The notes: generated by a model not told the origin, from the letters alone. A DNA stretch of 28,656 nt from an uncultured Solirubrobacteraceae bacterium (GCA_964588985.1 CAZPQW010000034.1:1-28656), one strand, 5' to 3'; positions 11,162 to 20,791 are shown, counted from the stretch's first letter. Translations and numbers: made by a program.

Positions 11162-12796
11162 ATGGCCTCAGACGGCGAGCACACCACCGATCGCGCAGCC
11201 GGGATCGAGCGTGCCGCGCCCGGCGAGGTGCGGCTGCGCAGGGCGCTGCTGTCGGTCTCCGACAAGCGCGGGATCGTCGACTTCGCCCGAGGCCTGGCCG
11301 ATCTGGGCGTGGAGATCGTCTCCACCGGCGGCACCTCGCGCGAGCTCGAGGGCGCCGGGATCGTGGTGCGCTCGATCGAGGACTTCACCGGCTTTCCCGA
11401 GATCATGGACGGGCGCGTCAAGACGCTGCACCCGCGCCTCTACGCGGGGCTGCTCGCGCGGCGCGACCAGGACGCCCACCTGAGCGCCGCCGAGGGGCAG
11501 GGGATCGAGCAGGTGGACCTCGTGTGCGTGAACCTCTACCCGTTCGAGGAGACCGTCGCGCGCGGCGACGCCAGCGACGAGGAGATCGTCGAGAACATCG
11601 ACATCGGCGGTCCCACCATGATCCGCGCCGCCGCCAAGAACGCGCCGTTCTCAGCCGTCGTCGTCGACCCCGAGGACTACGAGCAGGTGCTCGCCGAGCT
11701 GCGCTCCTCCGACGGCAGGCTGTCGCTAGGCACGCGTAAGGGGCTCGCCGCGAAGGCGTTCGCGTGCACCGCCCGCTACGACGCCGCCATCTCCACGTGG
11801 TTCGCCGCGCGCACGCACGAGGGCTTCCCGCCCACGTGGACCGACGCGTACGAGAAGGTCTCAGACCTGCGCTACGGCGAGAACCCGCACCAGCAGGCCG
11901 CCTACTACGCGCGCGTTGGCGCTCCCACCCACCTGCTCGCCGGCGTCGAGCAGCTGCACGGCAAGGAGCTGTCGTTCAACAACCTGCTCGACCTCTCCTC
12001 CGCACGCGAGCTCGTCGAAGGGCTCGACGGCGCCGCGTGCGCGATCGTCAAGCACAACAACCCCTGCGGCTGCGCCGTCGCCGCCACCGGCCAGGCCGCC
12101 TACGAACGCGCCTTCGCGTGCGACCCGCAGAGCGCCTACGGCGGCGTCATCGCCGTCAACCGTCCCGTCGACGGCGCGTTCGCCGCGGAGCTCGCCAAGC
12201 AGTTCATCGAGGTGCTGCTCGCGCCGAGCTACGACGCCGACGCGCTCGACGCGCTGCAGGTGAAGAAGAACGTGCGGCTGCTGCAGCTGAAGGACTGGCC
12301 CGAGCCGAGCACCGAGGTCGAAGGCAAGGGCGTGCTCGGCGGGATGCTCGTGCAGACGCGCGACGTCGTATCCGAGACGCGCGGGGAGATGCGCGTCGCG
12401 GGCACGCGCGAGCCGAGCGAGGCGCAGTGGCACGCGCTCGAGTTCGCCTGGCGCGTATGCCGCCACGTGCGCTCCAACGCGATCGTCATCGCCGCCGGCG
12501 ACGGAGCTTCCGCGAGCGCCACCATCGGCATCGGCGCTGGGCAGATGAGCAGGGTCGACGCCGTGCGCATCGCCATCGAGAAGGCGCACGCGTTCCAGCC
12601 CGACCTCCTCTCGGGCGCGGTGCTCGCCTCCGACGCGTTCTTCCCGTTCGCCGACGGCCCGCAGCTCGCGATCGACGCGGGCGTCACAGCGATCGTCCAG
12701 CCCGGTGGGTCGGTGCGCGACGAGGAAGTCCTCGCCGCTGCCGATGCCGCGGACGTCGCGATGGTCTTCACCGACCGCCGCCACTTCAGGCACTAG
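11162..12796 (+). CDS. purH: Bifunctional AICAR transformylase / IMP cyclohydrolase
   Basis: ALLSVSDK, DGRVKTLHP, IDIGGPTMIRAAAKN, LRYGENPHQ, KHNNPCG, ASDAFFPF, C-terminal RHFRH. ATG 11162 lies just after purN. Confidence 0.97.
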   Translation: MASDGEHTTDRAAGIERAAPGEVRLRRALLSVSDKRGIVDFARGLADLGVEIVSTGGTSRELEGAGIVVRSIEDFTGFPEIMDGRVKTLHPRLYAGLLARRDQDAHLSAAEGQGIEQVDLVCVNLYPFEETVARGDASDEEIVENIDIGGPTMIRAAAKNAPFSAVVVDPEDYEQVLAELRSSDGRLSLGTRKGLAAKAFACTARYDAAISTWFAARTHEGFPPTWTDAYEKVSDLRYGENPHQQAAYYARVGAPTHLLAGVEQLHGKELSFNNLLDLSSARELVEGLDGAACAIVKHNNPCGCAVAATGQAAYERAFACDPQSAYGGVIAVNRPVDGAFAAELAKQFIEVLLAPSYDADALDALQVKKNVRLLQLKDWPEPSTEVEGKGVLGGMLVQTRDVVSETRGEMRVAGTREPSEAQWHALEFAWRVCRHVRSNAIVIAAGDGASASATIGIGAGQMSRVDAVRIAIEKAHAFQPDLLSGAVLASDAFFPFADGPQLAIDAGVTAIVQPGGSVRDEEVLAAADAADVAMVFTDRRHFRH

Positions 12797-12845
12797 CCGG
12801 ACGCCCTCGCCTCGCCGCCGAAACCTGCCGTTCGAGCGGGGGGAC

Positions 12846-12874
12846 TTGAAGAATGTGTTTTAACGATATATCGT
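12846..12874 (+). promoter_or_regulatory. Sigma70-type promoter overlapped by a 12-bp perfect palindrome (probable PadR operator)
   Basis: TTGAAG (12846-12851), 17 nt, then TATCGT (12869-12874). Palindrome ACGATATATCGT at 12863-12874. A further half-site CACGATA lies near 12893. Confidence 0.7.
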
Positions 12875-12909
12875 GATGGTTCTTAGATAGCTCACGATAG
12901 GGAGTAGAT

Positions 12910-13545
12910 ATGTTTTCGCATCAAGTTCATTCGACAGGCGCAAAGCCCGGCTGCAGGTCGGGACGACACGGAGGAGGCGGCGAGCACAGCCGTCACTTCG
13001 CATACGGCCCGCGCGGCGAGTTCGGCGGGTTCGGCGGCCACCGCGGAGGACCGCGCGGTCGCGGACGCAAGGCGCGCCGTGGCGACATCCGCACGGCGGC
13101 GCTGCTGCTGCTCGCGGAGGAGCCGCGCAACGGCTACCAGATCATGCAGGAGGTCCAGGAGCGCAGCGGCGATGTCTGGAGCCCGAGCCCCGGCTCGGTC
13201 TACCCGGCGCTGGCTCAGCTCGAGGACGAGGGCCTGATCCGCTCCACCGAGCAGGACGGGCGCAAGCTGTTCGCGCTCACCGACGCCGGCCGCGAGGTCA
13301 TCGACGCGCGCGGCAAGGATCGCCCCGCCCCGTGGGAGGAGATGGGCGACGAGTACAGCAACGACGCGCACGCGCTCGGCAAGCTCATGCGCGAGGTCGC
13401 GTTCGCGTTCGCCCAGGTGATGCGCACCGGCAGCGAGAGCCAGATCAAGGCCGCCCGCGAGATCCTTGCGGGAACACGCCGCGACCTCTATCGGGTTCTC
13501 GCGGATGGCGACGAGGACGGCGGTACGGTAGACCAAGGTAAGTGA
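12910..13545 (+). CDS. PadR-family transcriptional regulator
   Basis: GDIRTAALLLLAEEPRNGYQIMQE...WSPSPGSVYPALAQLEDEGLI...RKLFALT winged helix. Gly/His/Arg-rich N-terminus. Confidence 0.92.
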   Translation: MFSHQVHSTGAKPGCRSGRHGGGGEHSRHFAYGPRGEFGGFGGHRGGPRGRGRKARRGDIRTAALLLLAEEPRNGYQIMQEVQERSGDVWSPSPGSVYPALAQLEDEGLIRSTEQDGRKLFALTDAGREVIDARGKDRPAPWEEMGDEYSNDAHALGKLMREVAFAFAQVMRTGSESQIKAAREILAGTRRDLYRVLADGDEDGGTVDQGK

Positions 13546-14546
13546 TCGAGCTGAGTTCTACGATGCCCCGCACCGCCCCGGCCGTCTCGGTCGACGGGCT
13601 CGTCAAGCGCTACGGCGAGCTCGAAGCGGTGCGGGGCATCGAGTTCGAGGTCCGCACCGGTGAGACGTTCGGCTTCCTCGGCCCCAACGGCGCGGGCAAG
13701 TCGACCACGATCAACATGCTCTGCACGCTCGCGCGCCCGAGCGCCGGCACCGCGCTCGTCGCCGGCCACGACGTGGTGAGCGAACGCGACGACGTCAGGC
13801 GCAACATCGGCCTCGTCTTCCAGGACACCACGCTCGACGGCTACCTCACCGCCGAGCAGAACCTGCGCCTGCACGCCGAGCTCTACGGCATGCCCCGCCA
13901 GACGATCCCCGAGCGCATCCGCCAGGTGATGGAGATGGTCGAACTGTGGGAGCGCCGCTCGCACCTCGTCAACACTTTCTCCGGCGGCATGAAGCGCCGC
14001 CTGGAGATCGCGCGTGGCCTCCTGCACTCGCCGCGCGTGCTGTTCCTCGACGAGCCCACCGTCGGCCTCGACCCGCAGACGCGCAGCTCGATCTGGGGCT
14101 ACATCACGCGCCTGAAGCGCGAAGAGGACATCACGATCTTCCTCACCACCCACTACATGGACGAGGCCGAGTACTGCGACCGCATCGCGATCATGGACCA
14201 GGGTCGGATCGTCGTGCTCGACACGCCCGAGGCGCTCAAGGAGAGCGTCGGCAAGGACCGCGTGCAGATCCACACCGCCGACGACCACGCGGCGATCGAC
14301 GCGCTGCGTGAGCGCTTCGGCATCGAGGCGCGGATCGCGGAAGGCGCGGTCACGTTCGGCGTGCCCGGCGGCGAGGAGTTCGTGCCGCGGCTGTTCTCCG
14401 AGCTCGGCCAGCAGATCCGCTCGGTGAGCGTCGCACGCCCCTCGCTCGACGACGTGTTCATGGCCTACACCGGCACCACCATCCGCGACGCCGAGGCCTC
14501 GAGCACCGATCAGATGCGCAACGTAGCGAGGATGCTGAGCCGCTGA
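13542..14546 (+). CDS. ABC-2 (DrrA-like) exporter ATP-binding protein
   Basis: Walker A GPNGAGKS, signature FSGGM, Walker B LFLDEPT, H-loop TTHYM. Confidence 0.93.
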   Translation: MIELSSTMPRTAPAVSVDGLVKRYGELEAVRGIEFEVRTGETFGFLGPNGAGKSTTINMLCTLARPSAGTALVAGHDVVSERDDVRRNIGLVFQDTTLDGYLTAEQNLRLHAELYGMPRQTIPERIRQVMEMVELWERRSHLVNTFSGGMKRRLEIARGLLHSPRVLFLDEPTVGLDPQTRSSIWGYITRLKREEDITIFLTTHYMDEAEYCDRIAIMDQGRIVVLDTPEALKESVGKDRVQIHTADDHAAIDALRERFGIEARIAEGAVTFGVPGGEEFVPRLFSELGQQIRSVSVARPSLDDVFMAYTGTTIRDAEASSTDQMRNVARMLSR

Positions 14547-15418
14547 TGGCGACGGTGGCGGCGAAACCGACGGAGACCGCGCGGGTGCGTGTGCCGGTCC
14601 GCAGCGCTCGCAGCGAGGCGCGCGCGATCAAGATCGTGTGGAAGCGCGAGCTGATCCGCTTCTGGCGCGACAAGCTGCGAATGGTCACCTCGCTCGTGCA
14701 GCCGTTCCTGTTCCTGTTCGTGCTCGGCACCGGCCTCTCCTCGATCGCCTCCGCGGGCACGCGCGGCGTGGACTTCAAAACCTTCGTGTACCCAGGCGTG
14801 CTGTGCATGGCGGTGATGTTCACCGCGATGTTCTCCGCCGCGTCGATGGTCTGGGATCGGGAGTTCGGCTTCCTGCGCGAGATGATGGTCGCGCCCGTGA
14901 GGCGCAGCTCGCTGGTGCTTGGCAAGTGCCTCGGCGGCACCACGGTCGCGGCGTTCCAGGGCGTGATCGTGCTCGCCCTCGCGGGACTCGTGCACGTCCC
15001 CTACTCGCCGATCCTGATCCTCGAGGTGTTCGGCCTGCAGCTGCTGCTCGCGTTCTCGATCACCGCGTTCGGGATGATGGCCGCGGCGCGCGTCAAGCAG
15101 ATGCAGTCGTTCATGGCGCTCACGCAGATGGCGATCATGCCGATGTACTTCATCTCCGGCGCGATGTTCCCCGTCTCGGGCCTGCCGCGGTGGCTCGCGA
15201 TCCTCAACCGCATCGACCCGCTCACCTACGCCGTCGACCCGATGCGCAGGGCCGTGTTCGCGCACCTGAAGATCGGCGCGGTCGCGCGGCGGGCGCTCGA
15301 TCCGGGTGTGACGTGGTGGGGATGGCACGTGCCCGGCCTGCTCGAGGCGGGCGTCGTCGCGGTGCTCGGCCTCGCGATGCTCGCCATTGCGATTGTTGAG
15401 TTCTCTCGCGTGGAGTGA
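14546..15418 (+). CDS. ABC-2 exporter permease (DrrB-like)
   Basis: Multiple TM segments, DREFGFLREMMVAPV, ISGAMFP, DPLTYAVD. Coupled to the ATPase gene. Confidence 0.92.
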   Translation: MATVAAKPTETARVRVPVRSARSEARAIKIVWKRELIRFWRDKLRMVTSLVQPFLFLFVLGTGLSSIASAGTRGVDFKTFVYPGVLCMAVMFTAMFSAASMVWDREFGFLREMMVAPVRRSSLVLGKCLGGTTVAAFQGVIVLALAGLVHVPYSPILILEVFGLQLLLAFSITAFGMMAAARVKQMQSFMALTQMAIMPMYFISGAMFPVSGLPRWLAILNRIDPLTYAVDPMRRAVFAHLKIGAVARRALDPGVTWWGWHVPGLLEAGVVAVLGLAMLAIAIVEFSRVE

Positions 15419-15463
15419 AAGAAATTGCGCACGGCGCTCGGCGGCGGTGGTATGTTCGCGGCA

Positions 15464-16882
15464 GTGGCTGCGCTCGGTCCTGACACCCCCGCGCTGGAGC
15501 TCGCAGCGGCGCTGCGCGAGCGCAAGCTCTCCGCGGTCGAGCTGCTCGAGTCGTGCCTCGCGGCGGTCGATGCGCTGAACCCGCAGATCAACGCCGTCAT
15601 CTGGCGTAACGACGACGACGCGCGCGCCGCGGCCGCGGACGCCGACCGCCGCCTCGCGGCCGGCGAGAGCGCGCCGTTCCTCGGCGTGCCGCTGCCGATC
15701 AAGGACCTCACGCCGGTCGCCGGCTGGCCCGTCACGTACGGATCGCACGGTGCCCCCGAGGGCGCGAGCGAGGAGAGCGAGCTGGTCGTCGACGCGCTCG
15801 CGCGCGCGGGCTTCGTGCTGTGCGGGCGCACCAACACCCCCGAGTTCGGTGTCATCACCGTCGCGGAGAACAGCCGCTACGGCGTCACCCGCAACCCCTG
15901 GGATCTCGACCGTTCGCCGGGCGGCTCCAGCGGCGGCGCGGCCGCGGCGGTGGCGGCGGGCATGTTCCCGATCGCCCACGCCAACGACGGCGGCGGCTCG
16001 ATCCGCATCCCCGCCTCCTACTGCGGCCTCGTCGGCCTCAAGCCGAGCCGCGGGCGCGTGCCGCGGCTCGCGCAGAGCTGGCTCGGCGCGGTCGTCGAGG
16101 GCGTCGTGGCGCGCACCGTGGCCGACTCCGCGGCGGTGCTCGACTCGATCTCCTACTTCGACCCGTGCGCCTGGTACAACGCGCCCGCTCCCGCGCGCGC
16201 GTTCTCCCAGGAGGTGGGCGCCTCGCTGGGCTCGCTGCGGATCGGCCTGATGGCGCAGGCGCCGCTCGGCATCCCCACCGACGAGGCGTGCGTCGCGGCT
16301 GCGCGCGCGGCGGCGGCGATGCTCGAAGAGCTCGGCCACACGGTCGAGGAGGTCGAGGTGCCGACGATCTCCGAAGAGATGGTGCCGCCGTTCATCGCCC
16401 TCACCCAGGGCGGCCTGGCGGACTACGAGGGCGTCGACTGGACTGCGGTGGAGCCGCACATCGCCCACCAGCGCGGACTCAGCGGCGAGACCGGCGCATA
16501 CGACTACGTGCTCGCGGCGCGCACTCTCGAGCTGCTCAGCCGCCGCGAGGTGGCGCGCTGGGGCAGGGACTTCGACGTGCTGCTCACACCCACCTCCGCG
16601 ATCCTCCCGCCCGCGGCCGGCTCGGTGATGGCGGCCCAGCACGCGGCCCCCGACCAGCCGCTGTTCGACGTCGTAGCGAGCGTGTCGTTCACCGCGTTCG
16701 GCAACGTCACCGGCCTGCCGGCCGTGAGCCTGCCGCTTCACAGCACCGACGAGGGCGTGCCGGTCGGCGTGCAGCTCGTCGCCGGTCCGTGGCAGGAGGG
16801 AAGCCTGATCGCCCTCTCGTCGCAGCTGGAAAAGGCGCGGCCGTGGGCCGAGCGCCGGCCGCAGCCTGCGGTAAACCCCTGA
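15464..16882 (+). CDS. Amidase-signature family enzyme
   Basis: [17 protein letters not shown] and [11 protein letters not shown] (Lys-Ser-Ser triad). Start placed at GTG 15464 after TGgTATGTT (15448-15456). Alternative starts are 15425 and 15452. Confidence 0.92.
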   Translation: MAALGPDTPALELAAALRERKLSAVELLESCLAAVDALNPQINAVIWRNDDDARAAAADADRRLAAGESAPFLGVPLPIKDLTPVAGWPVTYGSHGAPEGASEESELVVDALARAGFVLCGRTNTPEFGVITVAENSRYGVTRNPWDLDRSPGGSSGGAAAAVAAGMFPIAHANDGGGSIRIPASYCGLVGLKPSRGRVPRLAQSWLGAVVEGVVARTVADSAAVLDSISYFDPCAWYNAPAPARAFSQEVGASLGSLRIGLMAQAPLGIPTDEACVAAARAAAAMLEELGHTVEEVEVPTISEEMVPPFIALTQGGLADYEGVDWTAVEPHIAHQRGLSGETGAYDYVLAARTLELLSRREVARWGRDFDVLLTPTSAILPPAAGSVMAAQHAAPDQPLFDVVASVSFTAFGNVTGLPAVSLPLHSTDEGVPVGVQLVAGPWQEGSLIALSSQLEKARPWAERRPQPAVNP

Positions 16883-16957
16883 TCGTTCCACATCTTTAGG
16901 CAAATGCAGTGAGTTGTCTGTGGAACAAAGCGCTGCCAGACAGCAGGCTGCGTATGG

Positions 16958-17245
16958 ATGGGTGCCTACACGGCAGAGAGGGCGGAATTGCTGCAGCAGT
17001 TCGCGGCGGGATTGCGTGAGCTGCGCAAAGCCAACTACCCCTCTCAGGAAGCGCTCGCCGACGCCGCCGGCTTGCACCGCACGCAGATCGGGTCGCTCGA
17101 GCAGGGCAAGCGCGAACCCGGTCTGCTCACGCTGCTGATCCTCGCCAACACCTTCGGCATCACGATCGACAAGCTCGTCAAGGGCGTGCCCGTGCCGAAG
17201 GAGCGCCGGCCTCCGCCGAGCAAGAAGGGCGGGAAGCGGGACTGA
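16958..17245 (+). CDS. XRE/Cro-family HTH regulator (C-protein-like), 95 aa
   Basis: QFAAGLRELRK...SQEALADAAGLHRTQIGSLEQGKREPGLLTLLILA is a typical HTH_3 domain. Basic Pro-rich tail. Confidence 0.88.
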   Translation: MGAYTAERAELLQQFAAGLRELRKANYPSQEALADAAGLHRTQIGSLEQGKREPGLLTLLILANTFGITIDKLVKGVPVPKERRPPPSKKGGKRD

Positions 17246-17449
17246 GGGCCCTTGCGTAATCCGATTGAGTTCGCAGGCGTGTATGCCCCGGCAGTGGTTT
17301 CTAGCTCATCTCTGCTTCTGCAGCGTCCGCCCGGCCCATTCCGATGAATGTGGCCGCTGCTCAACGCTTGCGTATTCAGTGGCTGCCAGGGCACGAGACG
17401 CAAATACTCAAGAGTTCTTCGACCTAGCGCCGTAGAAGAGGAACTTCCC

Positions 17450-17555
17450 GACGGAGACATTTTGAAGATAAATTTCCGTCAGAAACGATCCTCGGTTTTT
17501 CCCCAAAAAGTCCTGCAAAACGGCATAAAAGTAGGAGACATTTTGCGGAAAATGT
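17450..17555. repeat. AT-rich tract with a 12-bp direct repeat and nested inverted repeats
   Basis: GGAGACATTTTG at 17453-17464 and 17534-17545. ACATTTT-gcgg-AAAATGT at 17538-17555. GACGGA...TCCGTC at 17450-17480. Confidence 0.7.
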
Positions 17556-17777
17556 GTCGAAAACGTGCCTTCTGGAGGCCGGTAGACGAGTTCGCGCTCG
17601 CGCTGAGGTAAGTTTGATAGTGCGTACGCGCCAGAGGCCCCGGGTGGGCAAGCGCCGACTTGCCATGTCGGAGTCAGCTAGCCCAAACCCGGGGTCTCCC
17701 CTCACTTCTGCAACGAGCGTAGCAATGGCCACACTCGCCCGCATTGCTTGCGGCGGCAAGCCTCAGCCTCACGAAGG

Positions 17778-17849
17778 TGCCCCGTGCGGGACTCGAACCC
17801 GCCCCACCGGATTAAAAGTCCGGCGCTCTACCAGATGAGCTAACGGGGC
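17778..17849 (-). tRNA. tRNA-Lys (TTT), CCA not encoded
   Basis: Reverse complement folds as GCCCCGT...CCGGA-CT-TTT-AA-TCCGG...GCGGG-TTCGAGT-CCCGC-ACGGGGC-A, a full cloverleaf. Confidence 0.96.
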
Positions 17850-17936
17850 CTTGCGCGCGACAGTCTGGCAGACCAGGACCGCTCGCGGCAGCCCTGGCCT
17901 GCTCAAACCCTGCGGCATATGGCGAAACGCGTGTTT

Positions 17937-19220
17937 CTAGCCGAACACGACGGCGGCGCTCGTCGAGGAGCTGCGCCCGTTGACCGGCGCGAACGACAGC
18001 CTGAGCGTCGTCCTGACGTGGCGCCCATGGCCGCGCAGCGAAGCGACGCCGGCCCTGGTGAGCGATGTGCGCAACTTCATCCGCTCGGCCCTCGAGGCCT
18101 GTGCGTGCTGCGAGCGCAGGCCGCGCCCGGAGAGCGCCAGCTTCCCCGCGGCCGGCACCTGCACGAGGAGCGTGACCGCGTGACCACGCACCCGCCAGCT
18201 CAGGATCCTGAGCTTGACGGTTCCGGCCTGTGTCGCGGATGCGAGCGTCGGTGCGCCCTGCGGGGCGAGCGCGTTGACGACGATCGTCGTGCCGCCGGGG
18301 GTACCGGACGAGCCGCCGGAGCTGCCGCCCGATCCTCCTGAGCCGCCCGGGCCACCACCCGAACCACCGGCCCCGCCACCCGAGCCCCCGCCTGCTTCTT
18401 CTTTTTCTTTCTGCGCCGCGCTCAGCAGTCCCAGCGTCAACCCTTCCACGCCGTTGAGCATGCCGAGGGTCTTGCCGTTCGTGAGCGGCGCCGTAAGCGC
18501 GAGCGCTTTGGCAGGCAGCTTCGAGGTGGTCGTGCCCAGCGCTTCGGCGAGACCTTCGTCGGTCGTGCCGAGCTGGCCCGCGAGGCCTTCCACGGTGCTA
18601 ACGCCCACGGCTTCGCCGTTGAGCGAGGTGCCCAGCAGCGTGTCGAGCTTTTCGGTGCTCACGGCCCCGAGCGCCTGTTCGATCAGCTGTTTGGGGTCTT
18701 TCGAGGAGCTCAGCAGGCCACCGAGCAGCTGGGTCGCTTCAGGGGTGCCCAGCCCGCTCGTGAGCAGGCTGGTGAGGCCTTCCCCTTTGAGCAGCGCCAG
18801 TAGTTCGGGCAGCGACAGCACTTCTTTCAGCTGGCCTTCGAGGCTCGTGATCAGTTCGGTGGGGTTGTTCAGCTGGGCGAGCGTTCCGCCTTCGCCGGCG
18901 AGCCCTTCGATCGACTTGGTGAGCGCTTCCTGGAGCTTGGCGGTGTTCACAGTCCCAAGCCCCGGCAGCTGCGAGAGCAGTTCGCTCAGCTGCGCGGCGT
19001 TGAGGTCTTCGAGCGGTATGCCGGACAGCACTTCCTGCACTTCTTTGGGCGGAAGCGTCGACACCGCGACCGGAACCGCGTGAGGGGAGGGGTTGGCCTG
19101 AGTTGCCCTCGCGGGAATGGCGTGCAGCGCAAGGATCAGCGCCATGACGAGGAACGTCGTTACGAGCGACCGAACGCGCGACAGTGGTCCAGTGGACGAC
19201 CACAAGGACGACACACACAT
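17937..19220 (-). CDS. Secreted or surface hypothetical protein: signal peptide, Leu-rich helical region, Gly/Ser linker, basic beta-rich C-terminal domain
   Basis: Strong RBS AGGAGG. Hydrophobic segment LVTTFLVMALILALHAIPARA. Repeated L-x-x-LL helices, GGGSGGGAGGS linker, Arg-rich C-terminal domain. Confidence 0.8.
   Translation of the reverse strand: MCVSSLWSSTGPLSRVRSLVTTFLVMALILALHAIPARATQANPSPHAVPVAVSTLPPKEVQEVLSGIPLEDLNAAQLSELLSQLPGLGTVNTAKLQEALTKSIEGLAGEGGTLAQLNNPTELITSLEGQLKEVLSLPELLALLKGEGLTSLLTSGLGTPEATQLLGGLLSSSKDPKQLIEQALGAVSTEKLDTLLGTSLNGEAVGVSTVEGLAGQLGTTDEGLAEALGTTTSKLPAKALALTAPLTNGKTLGMLNGVEGLTLGLLSAAQKEKEEAGGGSGGGAGGSGGGPGGSGGSGGSSGGSSGTPGGTTIVVNALAPQGAPTLASATQAGTVKLRILSWRVRGHAVTLLVQVPAAGKLALSGRGLRSQHAQASRAERMKLRTSLTRAGVASLRGHGRHVRTTLRLSFAPVNGRSSSTSAAVVFG
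18291..18392 (-). repeat. Low-complexity Gly/Ser linker-coding repeat
   Basis: Encodes GGGSGGGAGGSGGGPGGSGGSGGSSGGSSGTPGG. Confidence 0.75.
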
Positions 19221-19363
19221 GGAATTTAGCCTCCTATTGGAACAGTGATTTCCATAGTTCGGCTGGTACTACCCACTGGTTCACATCAGTGAAATCTACG
19301 TCGAACGGATGTCCAGTTCGCTAGATCGAACTAAAGGACGATGAATCGGGCGACGCCCGCGGA

Positions 19364-20791
19364 CTACGGCTGTTCGGCGGCAGCCACGCGCAGGAGCTCC
19401 TCTATGCGCGTGAGCTTCACTCGCGGCCTGCCCGCGGGCTCGCCAAGGCCGCGCTCGTGGCGGTCGATCGACTCCCAGCCGGAGTACGTCACGAGCTCGG
19501 GCTGGCGCGAGCGCAGAAGCGCCTCGACGGAGGCCGCGTCGGGTTCGCGCGGCTCGTGACTGGAGGGCGCGGCCGGAGCGGCGCCGTTGGCGGAGGAGCG
19601 CGACAGGTCGGCGAGCATCGCGTCGACGGTCTCCTGCGCGTCCTTCTTGTTCGTGCCGATCACGCCGGACGGACCGCGCTTGATCCAGCCCACGACGTAC
19701 TCGCCCGGGAGCGGCGCGCGGCTGTCGGGATCGAGCACGCGGCCAACGTCGTTCGGGATTACCGCCGAGCGCTCGTCGAACGGCACGCCCGGAAGGGGGA
19801 TGCCGCGGTAGCCGATCGCGCGAAACGCCAGACCGGCGACGATCGTCTCCCGCTCCTCTGTCGCCTGGGCGCGCAGACGCCCGTCGGCGCCGGGCACGAG
19901 CTCGTTGCGGACGAACTCCACCGTCCCGAGGCGCCCGTGCTCGTCCGCGTGCAGCTCCACCGGCGAGAGCAGGAAGCGAAGCACGATCCGCTTGCGGTGA
20001 CCCGAGGGCTCGCGGGCGGCGTAGGAGCGCAGGATCTCCACGTTGCGCCGCGAGGTCGCGTCCTGCTCGGCCTCCGCGTCGTGCACCGTCAGCGCGCGCT
20101 CGAGCTCGACCGGGTCGACGATCACGTCCGCATCCGCCAGCTCGCCCAGCTCGAGCAGCTCAGGGTTCGTGAAGGCGGCCTGCGCGGGTCCGCGGCGCCC
20201 CACCACGACGACCTCGCTCACGCGGCTGTCCGCGAGTACCTCGAGCGCGTGGTCGGCGGTGTCGGTGGGCGCGAGCTCGGCGGGCGCCAGCACGAGCATG
20301 CGCGCCACGTCGATCGCGACGTTGCCGTTGCCGATCACCACCGCCCGCTCTGCAGAGAGCAGGTCGACCTCGAGGTGGGTGTGGTCCGGGTGGCCGTTGT
20401 ACCAGCCCACGAACTCGGTCGCCGCATGGGAGCCGGGGAGCTCTTCGCCGGGGATTCCGAGCGGCCTGTCCGACGGCGAGCCGGTCGCGTACACGATCGC
20501 GTGGTAGCGCTCGAGCAGGTCCTCGCGGGAGACGTGCTCGCCGAAGGTGATGTTTCCGAAGTAGCGAAAGCGCGGGTGCGCGGCGGTCTTCTCGTAGATG
20601 CGCGTGACCGACTTGATCTTCGGGTGGTCGGGCGCGACGCCCGAGCGGACGAGGCCCCAGGGGGTCGGCAGGCGCTCGAGCATGTCCACTTCGATCCGTT
20701 CGGCGGGATCCTTGAGCAGGTGCCCGGCGGCGTAGAAGCCGGCAGGGCCAGAGCCGATCACGGCGATGCGGATGGGAGTGTCGTCGGTCAT
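19364..20791 (-). CDS. fprA: FprA / adrenodoxin-reductase-like NADPH:ferredoxin reductase
   Basis: GSGPAG FAD motif, PWGLVRSGVAPDH, FVGWYNGHP, GNGNVAID NADP motif, GWIKRGPSGVIGTN. Confidence 0.9.
   Translation of the reverse strand: MTDDTPIRIAVIGSGPAGFYAAGHLLKDPAERIEVDMLERLPTPWGLVRSGVAPDHPKIKSVTRIYEKTAAHPRFRYFGNITFGEHVSREDLLERYHAIVYATGSPSDRPLGIPGEELPGSHAATEFVGWYNGHPDHTHLEVDLLSAERAVVIGNGNVAIDVARMLVLAPAELAPTDTADHALEVLADSRVSEVVVVGRRGPAQAAFTNPELLELGELADADVIVDPVELERALTVHDAEAEQDATSRRNVEILRSYAAREPSGHRKRIVLRFLLSPVELHADEHGRLGTVEFVRNELVPGADGRLRAQATEERETIVAGLAFRAIGYRGIPLPGVPFDERSAVIPNDVGRVLDPDSRAPLPGEYVVGWIKRGPSGVIGTNKKDAQETVDAMLADLSRSSANGAAPAAPSSHEPREPDAASVEALLRSRQPELVTYSGWESIDRHERGLGEPAGRPRVKLTRIEELLRVAAAEQP

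Noticed and set aside
17284-17290. TGCCCCG matching the tRNA-Lys 3' end as a possible att duplicate
   Set aside because: Only 7 bp in GC-rich DNA, which is not significant.
17348-17838. Short ORFs in the tract next to tRNA-Lys
   Set aside because: No RBS or motifs, atypical composition, and mutually overlapping. One runs through the tRNA.
19301-19320. LexA/SOS box-like TCGAAC...GTTCG
   Set aside because: Half-site spacing is 9 nt, not the 4 nt of the actinobacterial TCGAAC-N4-GTTCGA box.
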